A stretch of DNA of 64,000 nt, taken from assembly GCA_951406725.2 (NCBI GenBank), contig OX597832.1:69564001-69628000 (forward strand). The letters are read 5' to 3'. The notes under the pieces were generated by a model, which worked only from the letters and a program-made list of their open reading frames with translations, searched no databases and had not been told where the DNA came from. Positions 44,444 to 56,885 of this stretch are shown piece after piece; the first letter of the stretch is position 1; the number at the start of each line of letters is the position of its first letter. The translations under genes were made by a program, and so were the position numbers. Source of the stretch: Octopus vulgaris. Lineage: Eukaryota.

Positions 44444-45824
44444 ATGGTGGTGGTGTGGACATGTATAACAAATTTCTTCATGTAATATTTTACTTCGTGT
44501 ATTTCTGAACTCTTTCTTGCTTACATATCACAAAAAGAACATAACAAGCATTTCTTAATATGAAGACTGTCTTCGTTGTTTTTGTCGTTTCATGAGTGCC
44601 AGTGTCCTCTTGTCTGTAAGAAGTGTATATGAAAGCAGTCCTCCAAATTACTAAACATGATCTCGAGGCCCACCTCAGCACACACACACACATGCACACA
44701 CACACACACACGTACACAGACGCACACACACATAAACACATTAACTGTGTTTCCACCTAAGTTTGATACCTTGAAGAATTTTTTTATAGCAATAGATTTT
44801 TAAAAACAAATAAACACATGACTGACATCAATCGCATCTTCCGACGCGTGCTCCAGCGCAAACCCACACATACACAGGTCACATATATAAACGTACAAGT
44901 ACAAGCAACAATATATAAGAAAACAAAATTATAACACAGATACATATATGGAGAAACGCATATATACGTATATGGTTACTACCATGTTTAATGTAGTTAA
45001 GATTCCGATAACAGAGTCATTTGTCTCGGCTAGAAACAGGCTTTACCTCTGTTGGTGTGAAATCCGAAAAATAAAACTAGGAAAACAGGCATTCGTTCTT
45101 ACTTTCTCATTTGATTGTTGCTAAATATTCATGAACAGAAAACAGAAATTTTCAGTTTGCGAGTAATTGGAAACGTGCAGATGCCTGAGCTGATAAATAT
45201 TCGTTGTACTGCGACAACAGAATCCACTGATCTTATCGTGCTAATTCCATATAACTTATATGACACACTGTTTTCTCTTGCGACTACGTGTTACATTCAA
45301 CACGCCACCGACAGTGGTGTTTTTTTTTTTTATTTTGTTTTGTCGTTCAACAGCGCCTAACAAAGAAATATTTGGCCTTCCAACACTCTAAGTCGCTGAT
45401 TACTATCTTTGCCCTAGTCATTTGATTCGAGACCCTCTTCTGCTTAAAGAGAAAAGAAAGAGGGTGTTCAGGGATGTGCATATCTTGAACAAAAGGTGGT
45501 ATTTGCAATAGTAACAAACAGAGAAACAGAGGTGGGTGAGAGGGGCAGGTAGAAAAGAGATTAAGAGAGACGAACAAATGGAAAATACTAATATGTGTGC
45601 ATAATAGGCAAACAGCTTGCAGGTACGAGTGCTGCTAGGCGAAAGCTACGCGGCGGCATTGTTACTGAGACGAGACTTGCTTAGATCAGCTGTTTAACGA
45701 TTTCACTCAGTATTCTTCTCGCCATATATGTATGCATGTATGTATGTATGTATGTATGTATGTATGTATGTATGTATGTATGTATGTATGTATGTATGTA
45801 TGTATGTATGTATGTATGTGTATC

Positions 45825-46092
45825 TTTGTTGTTATGTTTGCCCCCTACAACAGCTAGATAACCGGTGTCGATTTGTTTACGTCCTCAGAACTTAGCTATT
45901 TTATAGAATAAGTGCCAAGTTAAAGAAAGAAGTAGCGGAGCCGATTTGTTCGACTTCATGCTTCGAGGCCGTTCCTGATAAGCCTGAAAAAAAAGAAAAG
46001 TTAAAAGACACAGTGAGTTGGCACGCTGGATGAAATGCTTGACGGCATTTCATCCGTCTGAGCTAAAATTCAGCATTGGTCGACTTTGACTT
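45825..46092 (+). mobile_element. Old SINE fragments (family C tail, then family B head)
   Basis: AACCGGTGTCGATTTGTTTACGTCC..TAGAATAAGT..CGATTTGTTCGACT, then GAAATGCTT..GGTCGACTTTG. Confidence 0.6.
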
Positions 46093-46097
46093 ACAGT

Positions 46098-46680
46098 ACT
46101 CTTCTTCCTATTTTTCTTGGTACATACAGTCTGTCTGTGTCACTTTTTGGGTGGTGTATCCCATATCTAGTCAGCAACTTTCTTGTCTTTCTCTCTAATC
46201 TGTTTAGTTCATGTCCATGCGATTACCCCTGCTCCATATCTAAGGAGTGAAACCACTCAGATGTTGATAGCTTCGATCTTATTTCGTCTGTTTAATTTCA
46301 ACTTGAGGATTAGTCCCAGTCTGCGCAAATACTCCACCTTAAATTTTCCTGTCAATCTGTCTCCATCAATGTATTTATTTTCAATATTCCTAAGTACTTA
46401 TAACTTGTCTCTTCTATCTACTTCATAAAGCGCACTCCCGACAGTATCGATAGTCCGTCCATACATTTGATTTTGCCTCTCTTCAAGACTAACACGCCAC
46501 ACTTTTTCAGTCCGAACATCATTCTGATATCAGCACAGAAAGTATACACAGTATCAACGAGGGAACTGACTTAGGATTCATTTTTACCATAAAGTTTGAT
46601 GTCATTCATGAATAACGAGTGATTGACTTGTTGTTAGCAGCTCATGAATACATACCCAGCCTTTGCTTTCCTCAGAACTG
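46098..46680 (-). mobile_element. R4/Dong-type RT fragment
   Basis: NHSLFMNDIKLYGK, FGLKKCGVLVLKRGK, YKYLGI, LRYGAG, HHPKSDTDRLYVPRK.GR. Its 5' end abuts (AAT)n on the same strand. Confidence 0.85.
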
Positions 46681-46707
46681 TTATTATTATTATTATTATT
46701 ATTATCA

Positions 46708-47152
46708 TTGAGTGAGAGAGCAGTGCATGTCATCAAAGTGACACTGGGGTAAAATATACGAAGCCCAATATACCCATCATGACTACCCGTCTGATAAGGG
46801 TACACCAGGCACATGCATCACAACCATATGTGCGCGACATGGTGATCTCATATCAAGATAAACAGCACATGACCTTGCAGGTGGGGCCCAGTTAGAATTT
46901 TCTTCAGGTTGAGTAGCCCATCCCACTCAAAAGGTCCCTGAATAAGGGTTGTTTAAGGATGTTGAAAGAACCACCCATGTTTCCAGAGGTGAATTATTCA
47001 AACCCCAAAGAATCCCTCTCAACACATGGCTATGATGCTCCCCCACTACTTCTGCTCGTGATCAGAGATGCACATATCGTCAGCCACTAAGGGACATGCT
47101 CAACTGGTTAAGGTCAAACAACTGACAAGCAAATCTGTGGTATTGAGCAGAA
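46708..47152 (-). mobile_element. ~445-bp non-coding element inserted in (TAA)n; strand inferred from target orientation
   Basis: Unique block with TTA arrays on both sides (46681-46705, 47153-47202), no TE-like ORF. Confidence 0.6.
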
Positions 47153-47202
<50 letters not shown>

Positions 47203-47386
47203 GGACTCCTTCCTGATCGCCAACTCACTTCTGCTTTCTTACCTCTTCATCTTGATATTTTCTTTATTATCCCGTACCTACACACCTATCCACCTACCTA
47301 CATACCTACCTACTCAACTACCTACCTTCGCGCCAACCTGCCTACCTACCTATGTATGTATGTATGTATGTATGTATGTATGTATG

Positions 47387-47427
<41 letters not shown>

Positions 47428-48569
47428 GTCTATATATCCATCTATCTACCTATCCACACACATACGCATACATACGCACGCACACATTTATACATCATCC
47501 ACGTTATTCGATATTACGTTCTCTTTCTTCATGTATATAAGTCATGGTAGACAGACTCTACTACACGTACCAACAAATAAACTTCCATTCAATAAAACAT
47601 TCAAATAACACGATTATCTTCAAAGGGAAGTCCGCCGGTGTGTAAGATCTATTACCTATTAGCTGGCATTCTGGCTTTTATAACCAGCGTTCAGGTTCAA
47701 AACTCAATAAAAACTTCTTTAATTTTCGTTCTTAATTTTACAGTTTCACTTTGCCTTGCGTGTGGCGTCGATTTTAATCTTCAAAGCCATAATTTGGCGG
47801 AGTTACGAAGTTGATACGTTTATTCCATTTCTTAACATTAGAAACGTTGTTAACGGGAAGACCGTCTAGAAATTTTAAGGACTTCATATTAAGCAAACAA
47901 AATTTATATGTGAACTCAATTCGTCGTTTCTCTTTGAATTCCTTAATTTCAATTTCAAATCTGTAATGTTGCTTTGAATCCTGAATTATGACGAAATCAT
48001 TATGTCTCTTGTAATAACTGTAATCATTAGTCGGAACAATGAGACTCATAGATTTCTATTTCTTGAATCTTTATTCTCTTCAGCGCCGCTGAGGGCGCTA
48101 CATCATTTGCAGAATGTGGGGCATTGCCCAGACAAACTTAGCATTAGATAGAGAATTCATCCAAGGCTGGGACCACGTGCCAAATTCTCCCTCCACAATT
48201 CAGTCGCACAACACATAAATTCACTGCAATACAATTTCTTTTCCTGAACGGAGCCCTACTCTATTTAACACTATCCCAAAACAAATCAAAGTAAAAATAT
48301 ATCATCAGCTCGCTAAACGAAACCTGTACAAATTTCTTCAAGGGAAACTAGATAAGCCCCCTATACGTGGGTACATCTCAGTCAACTCCCTACATGATTG
48401 GATCATGATACCACAAAACTTCGCTTAAAAATGACTGGCAGATCCTATCAAGTGGTGCTCTTAAGTTTGATATGGCCTGGGCTAATCTTTGGCCGAAACA
48501 TATCTAAGTTATCTAAGTTATATAGTATTTCTGAACTTACCATTACGTATCTCTTACCTTTCACCTTTT

Positions 48570-48905
48570 TCAGTCATTGAATATTGAACGGCGGCCATGC
48601 GAGGGCACCTCATTGAAGAATTTTTCCAACGAACTGACCACAGTGCATATTTTAAATCGGGTCCTTATTCTATCTTTCTCTTTTACCGAACCGATAATTT
48701 TCCAGGACGTAAACGAATCCACACTGGTTGTTAAACGGTGAGATACACCCCACCACACCCCAGCCCCCACACCATGGGCTACCATTACGAAGTTCACGCG
48801 CAAAGCATTAATTGAACCAGGGCTATAGGAGATACTTGCTTGCCCAAAGTGCCATATAGTTGGACTGAACCCGTATCCACGGAGTAACAAAGCGAGCACC
48901 CAAAT
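48570..48905 (-). mobile_element. Diverged SINE family C
   Basis: TTCAGTCATT..CGGCCATGC..GGACGTAAAC..GGGCTATAG..GGACTGAACCCG, as in 22952-23345. Confidence 0.7.
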
Positions 48906-49407
48906 CACATTCTTTTTACAATATTTCTCGTATAAATTGTTTCGAGTTAGCACAAGGTGTTTCTATTTTGTCAGCTACGAAGTCATGATTTTGGGAAAAT
49001 TGGAATTGTGAAGTTCATTGTTTTATCATAATTTCTACAGCAGTTGTCAGTGGGTTCCTAAACAGAGCTCCTCACCATTCTCATTGTATTTGTGTCTCTC
49101 TGCATCTGTGTGTGTGTGTCATTCTGCATCTGTGTGTGTGTGAATGTGTACGGACACTCGAGTCTTTGTGTTTATTGCTCCACAGCTAGCAAACCGGTGT
49201 TGGTCCGATTACGTCTCCCGTTACTTACTGGTAATAAAAATTGCTGACCTTGTGCAAAATTAAGAATTATTATGAAATATTTTCGGATCAGATTTAAAAT
49301 ATTATTCAATATTCCGAATTATTAATTCGAATTCTTTATCTTACCTTCCTCTCAGTTGCTTCTGTATATTCTCCTTTTATCTTCTTGTATCTCCATTTGC
49401 CATTTTG

Positions 49408-49488
<81 letters not shown>

Positions 49489-49811
49489 TGTGTGTATGTG
49501 CGTGCGCGTGTGTGCATACTAAGAGAATATTTTTTACTCTCTCTTCCTTTGAAATGCTAAACTTGAAGAATTTTGTCGCCAAGACACGCGAACCAAAGTT
49601 CTCACTCAATACTTTTCAGAAACTCATTTCACCAATTCCTGCGTAACAGAACCTTGGCGTTTAAGAGACAATATATAAGAACAGAAGTAATGAAGGGGGG
49701 AAAATATGACTGTCGCAATGAACATGCACACACACAAGCACACACACACACACACGTGTACATATATATTTGTATGCGTATGTATGTGTTTGTGCTTATA
49801 TACATACATAA

Positions 49812-49842
<31 letters not shown>

Positions 49843-49843
49843 C

Positions 49844-49895
<52 letters not shown>

Positions 49896-50226
49896 GTTTA
49901 TGTATGTATGTATATTTGTATGTAATCTTGTATATATATATCAATCTATATCGCCTTTCTCTCTGTCTCTCTCTCTCTCTCTTCAACTCTCACTTTCTCT
50001 CTCCCTCTCTCTCTATATCTATGCATCTACTTCTCTGTCTATATATATACATATATATTATATATGTATGTATATGTATGTATATATGAGCATTTCCATA
50101 TGTTTATATATTTGTATGCATACTGCTGCGTATGTATATGCATATTTATAAATATATATGTAAACACGCACGTATGTGTATAGTGTGTATGGATGCTTAT
50201 ACACCTTTTGATACATCTATGTATCA

Positions 50227-50324
<98 letters not shown>

Positions 50325-50539
50325 GTATTTCTAGAAAATCTGCTGACGCATCTAATCTCTGCCAATATTCATTGAGGATACGTATGTAAGGTTGGCTTGC
50401 GACAGATGACTTTTGCATAAGTCTACGTGATAGGAAGCTGCAAATATCAGGGCAGATAGATTTACGCATAGCAATGAAATTCATACCGGATCGTAAATTT
50501 GTCGAGTCGCATTGGGCCTGACAGCAGAACTTAGTCTCA

Positions 50540-50860
50540 CCACCACGGAAAGCAACACCGCCTGCAGCGCCGCCTGCTGTACCACTAGCAGTACCGCCAC
50601 CGACACCACCACCACCACAACAACAACAACGACAACAGCAACAACACCACCTCCACCACCACTACCATCACTACCACCACCACCAGCACGACCTGCTCAA
50701 TCACAAACAATACCGCAGCCGCCACCACTGCGAAGGCCACTACAACCACTGCAACTACAGATACAATAACAGCTACTACTACTAGTGCTACTAAAACTGC
50801 TGCTGCTACTACTACTACTACTACTACTACGACGACGACGACGACGACGACGACTACTAT
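50540..50860 (+). repeat. Cryptic (CAN/CTA/CGA) trinucleotide low-complexity tract
   Basis: Direct reading. Confidence 0.85.
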
Positions 50861-51168
50861 TAACGACAGGGGAAAAGTATTGATTTTGTGTTTTTCTTTC
50901 TTTTTCCTTGCCTTGTTTTCTATGCATCTCTCTCTAGTTCTAGTTTTTGGTATCGCTAAGTAAAATAAAATACTCCACATCAGAGTTTGACAGATAGGAT
51001 TTTATTGGACATTTCATTGCCTTTTAACCATGACCTTCTCTCACTCTCCCTGCCCCTCTTTCTCCCCCCTCTCTCTCTCTCTCCTTCCGGTGGCCTCTGT
51101 AAGTCGCCATCACTTTACGGCTTCTTCCTATTTATGTATATGTATGTATATCTACTTATACATTTGTA

Positions 51169-51207
<39 letters not shown>

Positions 51208-51222
51208 TTATTATATAGAAGG

Positions 51223-51273
51223 AGCTTCTACAGGACTAGTACTGTTTCATTCAAGAGAAATCTTCAGGAAGCT
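51223..51273 (-). ncRNA. Type I hammerhead ribozyme motif (mirror copy)
   Basis: Exact reverse complement of 53235-53285. Confidence 0.8.
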
Positions 51274-51729
51274 ATTTAACAAGAATTGTATTAGCATTTA
51301 TACATTTAGGCAGGTTTAAAGGAGTGGTGGTGGGGGACTTTTTGGGGGTAGGCATAGCGCAAAATATCATACTCGGGGGAGTGGTCAAGGAGTCAGTGGT
51401 AAGTTAGATGAAAGAATAGATAAATAAAATAGATAAATAAAAAAAATAAAATAAATAAAATAAAAAAATAAAAAATAAAAAAATAAAATAAAATAAAAAA
51501 ATAAAAAAATAAAAAAATAAAAAAATAATAAATAAAAAATATAAAAAATATATATAAAAAATATATATATATAAATAAAATATATATATATAAAAAAAAT
51601 ATAAAAAAATATATATATAAAAAGGGGGGATAGAGTTATAGGTAAATAAGGAGATTCTCACTTATACCTATACACACATGTATACGTATCTACACACACA
51701 TACATACATACACATATATATACACACAC

Positions 51730-51776
<47 letters not shown>

Positions 51777-52243
51777 CCTACACATACACACATACATACA
51801 TACAAATATACATATACATATATATATATATACAATCCAATACAGGCCCATTCCCTAATTTTAATTTTATTATCTTCATTTATTACTTTTGTTATCTTTG
51901 ATCGCTAGGGCTAAGAATCCTGGCAATGGCTGCCTGTCCATTTGTCTGTCTACTAGAAGGCAAGTACTCATTCCCGCACGCACACTCATTAGCACGTACA
52001 TTCACCCATTCGTACACTCATACACATACACGTACGCACGCGTTATATTCATACATACAAACATCTACATACGTTCACGTATATACACATACGTACTCGT
52101 ACCTACAGATTCGTGTCTACACTTTAGGAGGCTAGTCTATACATATACACCAATAAATATACATATATATATATATATATATACCCGCATATACATACAC
52201 ACACACACATATATATATACTCCTACATACAGATACATACCTA

Positions 52244-52295
<52 letters not shown>

Positions 52296-52481
52296 CATAC
52301 ACATACACACATACATATACACACACATACATACACATATATATATACATACACAAACATATATACACACATATATATATATACACATACACACATACAC
52401 ACATACATACGTATACATACATACATACATCCATACATCCATACTTACATGCATTTATACGCATACACACACCCATCTATA

Positions 52482-52526
<45 letters not shown>

Positions 52527-52806
52527 TCACACATGCATATACAAATCTACGCACACACATACATACATACACGTATACGCATACACGCACATACACATAT
52601 ACATGCGTACCCATACACGTGCACACACGCACGCGCATCCATATATATACACACACACACATATATATACACGTGTGCAAACATACATACATACTCATAC
52701 GCGCACACATACTTACAAATACATATATGCACCCACTTACACACATATATATACATACACATATACATGCATACATACACATATGCATACATACACACAC
52801 GCACTC

Positions 52807-52849
<43 letters not shown>

Positions 52850-52920
52850 CATATATATATACATACATAGACATATATACACATACATACACATACACAT
52901 ACATACACACATATACACAC

Positions 52921-52953
<33 letters not shown>

Positions 52954-53234
52954 TACATATATACACATATACATACATATACATACACACACACATACAT
53001 ATATACATATACACTGATACACATACCCATACATACACATGCATATACTTATATCACTACATACTTTTTATTTATCTATTTTATTTATCTATTCTTTCAT
53101 CTAACTTACCACTGACTCCTTGACCACTCCCCCGAGTATGATATTTTGCGCTATGCCTACCCCCAAAAAGTCCCCCACCACCACTCCTTTAAACCTGCCT
53201 AAATGTATAAATGCTAATACAATTCTTGTTAAAT

Positions 53235-53285
53235 AGCTTCCTGAAGATTTCTCTTGAATGAAACAGTACTAGTCCTGTAGAAGCT
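53235..53285 (+). ncRNA. Type I hammerhead ribozyme motif with intact catalytic core
   Basis: AGCTTC-CTGAAGA-T-TTC-TCTT-GAA-T-GAA-ACAG-TACTAGTC-CTGT-A-GAAGCT. Helix I 6 bp, helix II 3 bp plus U.U, helix III 4 bp, GUA cleavage triplet (cut predicted after 53279). Confidence 0.82.
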
Positions 53286-53368
53286 CCTTCTATATAATAA
53301 ATTAATTTTACTCTGCTATGTATTGAGTACCTTACTCACTGTGGTTAACCCCGAATCAACCCGGGACC

Positions 53369-53408
<40 letters not shown>

Positions 53409-53442
53409 TATACATACATACATTCATACATACATACATACA

Positions 53443-53475
<33 letters not shown>

Positions 53476-53659
53476 GTATATATTCCAGTCTTGATGACAA
53501 CTGTCCGACGAATAGAAACGTTAAAATCAGAGTAACAGTTCTTTGAGATGCATTCAACGTATATTTGCCCTCATCTCGGAGAAATTTCGAACCTGGGTTC
53601 TCATTCCTAAGGTATTTTTTGATATCATTATTATTATTGTTGTTGTTCAGGTCCATGCT

Positions 53660-55365
53660 TGGAATCGAAGGATATATTTGCGAAGTGTTGTATTACTCTT
53701 GAATACTGTCCTGATGTCATATAGGCTGCATATCTTTTGTATCTTTTCAGAGAGGCCTTTCGCATAGGGAAGACAGACTGTGGACAGTTTATTGGCCTCA
53801 TCCTCTCTCTTCTTCATAATTAGAGGGAATATTATACTTTTGGGGTAGTTGTTGCTTAGCAGATCGTTATTGAGCTTGATCATTTCTTGGTGGTGTGTAT
53901 CACGATCACTACTTATTTTCTTTGCACGATGTTTTAGGCACTGGGCATTCCTCCTCTTTATAATGTATGGATGGTGGGAATTGAGGTTGAGGTATCATCC
54001 AGTGAAGGTCGGCTTGCTGTATACGGATTTCCTGAATCCATACTTGGTGCATATTGTTAATACGTCCAGGAATGCCAGCTGATTGTCTTTTTCTTTTTCC
54101 ATTGTGAACAGTATGGATGGCTTTATTGAGTTCACATGATCTAACAGCACTTGGACATCTTCCTGGTGGAGCCCGAGTATAAAGGTGTCATCAACCTATC
54201 GTAGCCATAGAGTTGGTTTTAGTGGTGTTGATCCTAAAGCCAAATTCTCAAAGTATTCCATGTATATATTGGCTATTACAGGTGATAATGGCGAACCCAT
54301 AGCTAAACCCTCTTTTGTCGATATATATATTAGTGTCCATACTGAAATAGGTTGTTTTTACACAGAAGGTCAACATTTCCATCAAGTTTCTTTTTGGTAT
54401 ACTAGTGCGTTCTTTTAGATGGGTATCTGTCACTTTTTTCTTGTATCACCGATAGTGCTTCACCGTTGGGATTTTGGTGAACAGACTTATCACAAATTAG
54501 ACTCACCATCTCGTTGGATTCAATGAGGCTATCCTTGATCAATTCTGTGAAGTGGGTGGAATTCTTCATGTACGATGTTGACTTTCCTGCTAATGGACTG
54601 ATTATATCCACAAAGAAGCGGCTCAGTGGATGACATGTTGAACCTTTACAGCACATTATAGGTCTTAATGAAATACCATGCTTGTGAATCTGAGGGAGAC
54701 CGTATATGTGTGGTAGTTTACTGTTGTGTTGAGTCGGTTGTCTGTAAACTTCCTCTTTGTTTTCCGATTTGGGTCTTTCTTTTCTTTGCTTTAGCTACCA
54801 TCACTTATGTGACTTGCCAATTTTTCAGAGTAGTGAGACTTGTTCATCACTACTGTAGCATTGCCCTCGTCCGTTGGAAGTATCATGATGGAATTGTCAC
54901 TCTGCAGTCTTCCTTAGTGATGTTTGATTTAGGAAGTTTTGCTTTTTCTAGTACCTGTCTCACTTTCCACCTTAGTTCATCTCCCTGAGCTTTTGGTATC
55001 TTTATGGCTATCTCTTCGATAGGGGTATGGAATGCGCTTGATGGTTGTCGCAAAGTTGAGATCTTTATTCAGAACTGCTTCTTCAGAGCTGTCTAGATGT
55101 CGGCTACTTATATTAATTACTGATTTCACAGGTAGGTGACGGATTTCAGTCTTCATTCTCTGACCTTTGAGTTTCATAAACTTCTTAATCTGGCATGTCT
55201 TCACCATTTCAAATTCTTTCATGTACGATATTTCCAGATCTTGTTGGATTCTCGTTCTATCATCATTTCTCTTTGATTTCGTTTTTTAATCGATGTTTTT
55301 TTTTTTCAACGGTTGTAATGGATTCTCTCACGGACCACCTCCCCCTGTGGGATGGAACGATTCTG
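53660..55365 (-). mobile_element. Degraded Penelope/Poseidon-type PLE (RT region; endonuclease missing)
   Basis: VINISSRHL...VLNK.LNFA, IYGLPQIHK...LRPI, KNSTHF, GLAMGSPLSPVIANIYME.FE, WLR*VDDTF, FTMEKE....LAFLDV, LNSHHP, LPYAKGLSEKI. Confidence 0.9.
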
Positions 55366-55371
55366 ACACTT

Positions 55372-55651
55372 AATCTATCGTATTTATTTGCCAAACCATT
55401 AAGTTACGTGTAGGCAAACACACACCGGTTGTCAAACGCTTTGACATACACAAATACAAAAACACACACAAACACAAACACACGCACACAAACGCACACA
55501 CACGCGCACACACATACGATGGGATTCTTTCAGTTTCCGTTACATAGTCCACTCAAAAGGCTTTGGACGGCCCGAACCTATAGTCAAAGACAAGTGTCAA
55601 GGTGCCATGCAATGGGACTGAAACCTGATCCATGTGATTGGGAAGCAAACA

Positions 55652-55657
<6 letters not shown>
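55372..55657 (-). mobile_element. SINE family C, partial
   Basis: GGTTGTCAA + CA-rich insert + TTCTTTCAGTTTCCG...GGGACTGAA. Confidence 0.75.
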
Positions 55658-55713
<56 letters not shown>

Positions 55714-55720
<7 letters not shown>

Positions 55721-56841
55721 AATAAAATATATGCATATATATAAACATGTATGTACGTACCTACCTCTACATGTACATATACACGCATATATGTGTACAG
55801 GACACCAAAAGGACGTCGAACACATAGAGAGACGAAAAACATAGACACAAACCAAGGAACAAGACAAGCAAAAAAAGGAGATACAGGACAATAAGCACAA
55901 CGAAAAATCCCCTTCTTCAGTCGCTAAAGTTTCATCTACTAAACGTTTCGAAGGATAAAAGCGAGACGTATACTTCGAATGAAAAATTCCTTCCCGAGAC
56001 AAGCAAATCAATTAAAATTCTGAGATCTTGTCGCGGAGGGGTAAAAAAGGCAAGACGGTAACGACAGTACAAACATATAAACAGTAAAAAATATATATAT
56101 AAACAGTGGAAAAATAAATATATAACAGTGAGAGACAGGACAAGGAGAACAAGATAAGAAGGGCTGTTAACGCCAGACGAAAAAAGTATTGCAAACGCTG
56201 GATTATAGTGGACGACGAGAGAGGAAGATGTCGACCAGTGGCCTTAGAAGGCAGGTGAGGAAAGACAGGAAAGCAGTTACGACGGAAGTACGTCGCAGAT
56301 GGACGACGGGAATGGGGGAGGAGGAGCAAGAGGAAGAGAGAGAAGAAGGGGAATGGTGCGAGGAGACCATGAAGAACAGTGAGGGGGAGAGAGAGAGGAA
56401 GAGACAAGTTAAGTGAGGGAAAAAGGACGAAAAAGGGAATGGGAGAGAAAGAAAGAAAGAGGCAGAGTCGCGTGAGAGTTAATATCAAGGCGAACTTGAT
56501 AAACAGAACAATCTTACTTAATAGGGTGCGTGCGTTTAGTCGTATAATATGTTAATAAAATATATGCATATATATAAACATGTATGTACGTACCTACCTC
56601 TACATGTACATATACACGCATATATGTGTACAGGACACCAAAAGGACGTCGAACACATAGAGAGACGAAAAACATAGACACAAACCAAGGAACAAGACAA
56701 GCAAAAAAAGGAGATACAGGACAATAAGCACAACGAAAAATCCCCTTCTTCAGTCGCTAAAGTTTCATCTACTAAACGTTTCGAAGGATAAAAGCGAGAC
56801 GTATACTTCGAATGAAAAATTCCTTCCCGAGACAAGCAAAT

Positions 56842-56845
<4 letters not shown>
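55714..56845 (-). mobile_element. Non-coding partial-tandem element (299-bp direct repeats, 833-bp period) in (TA)n, PLE pseudo-LTR-like
   Basis: 55714-56012 and 56547-56845 are identical by eye. No TG..CA LTR ends or PBS were seen; both ends abut (TA)n. Confidence 0.7.

Positions 56846-56872
<27 letters not shown>

Positions 56873-56885
<13 letters not shown>

Larger units (their letters stand above)
51206..53369 (+). mobile_element. Non-coding fold-back element with 238-bp inverted arms each carrying a hammerhead, and a microsatellite-rich interior
   Basis: Arms 51206-51443 and 53065-53302 are identical by eye. A ~67-bp unique tail lies at 53303-53369, with (TA)n on both sides. Confidence 0.85.

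Noticed and set aside
47050-47090. CTGACGA...GAAG on the minus strand of the 445-bp element as a hammerhead
   Set aside because: No GAAA, no NUH site and no helix I partner
50512-50769. Thr/Pro/Gln-rich ORF as a host exon
   Set aside because: Explained by cryptic CAN triplet repeats; no ATG start, splice support or conserved domain
51889-53115. 408-aa ORF, plus the many other Y/I/H/T/C/V-rich ORFs in the track
   Set aside because: Translations of TA/CA microsatellites, which lack stop codons in several frames; no domain-like content
55714-56845. LTR retrotransposon derivative (TRIM)
   Set aside because: No TG...CA termini, primer-binding site or short TSD seen; the ends merge into (TA)n
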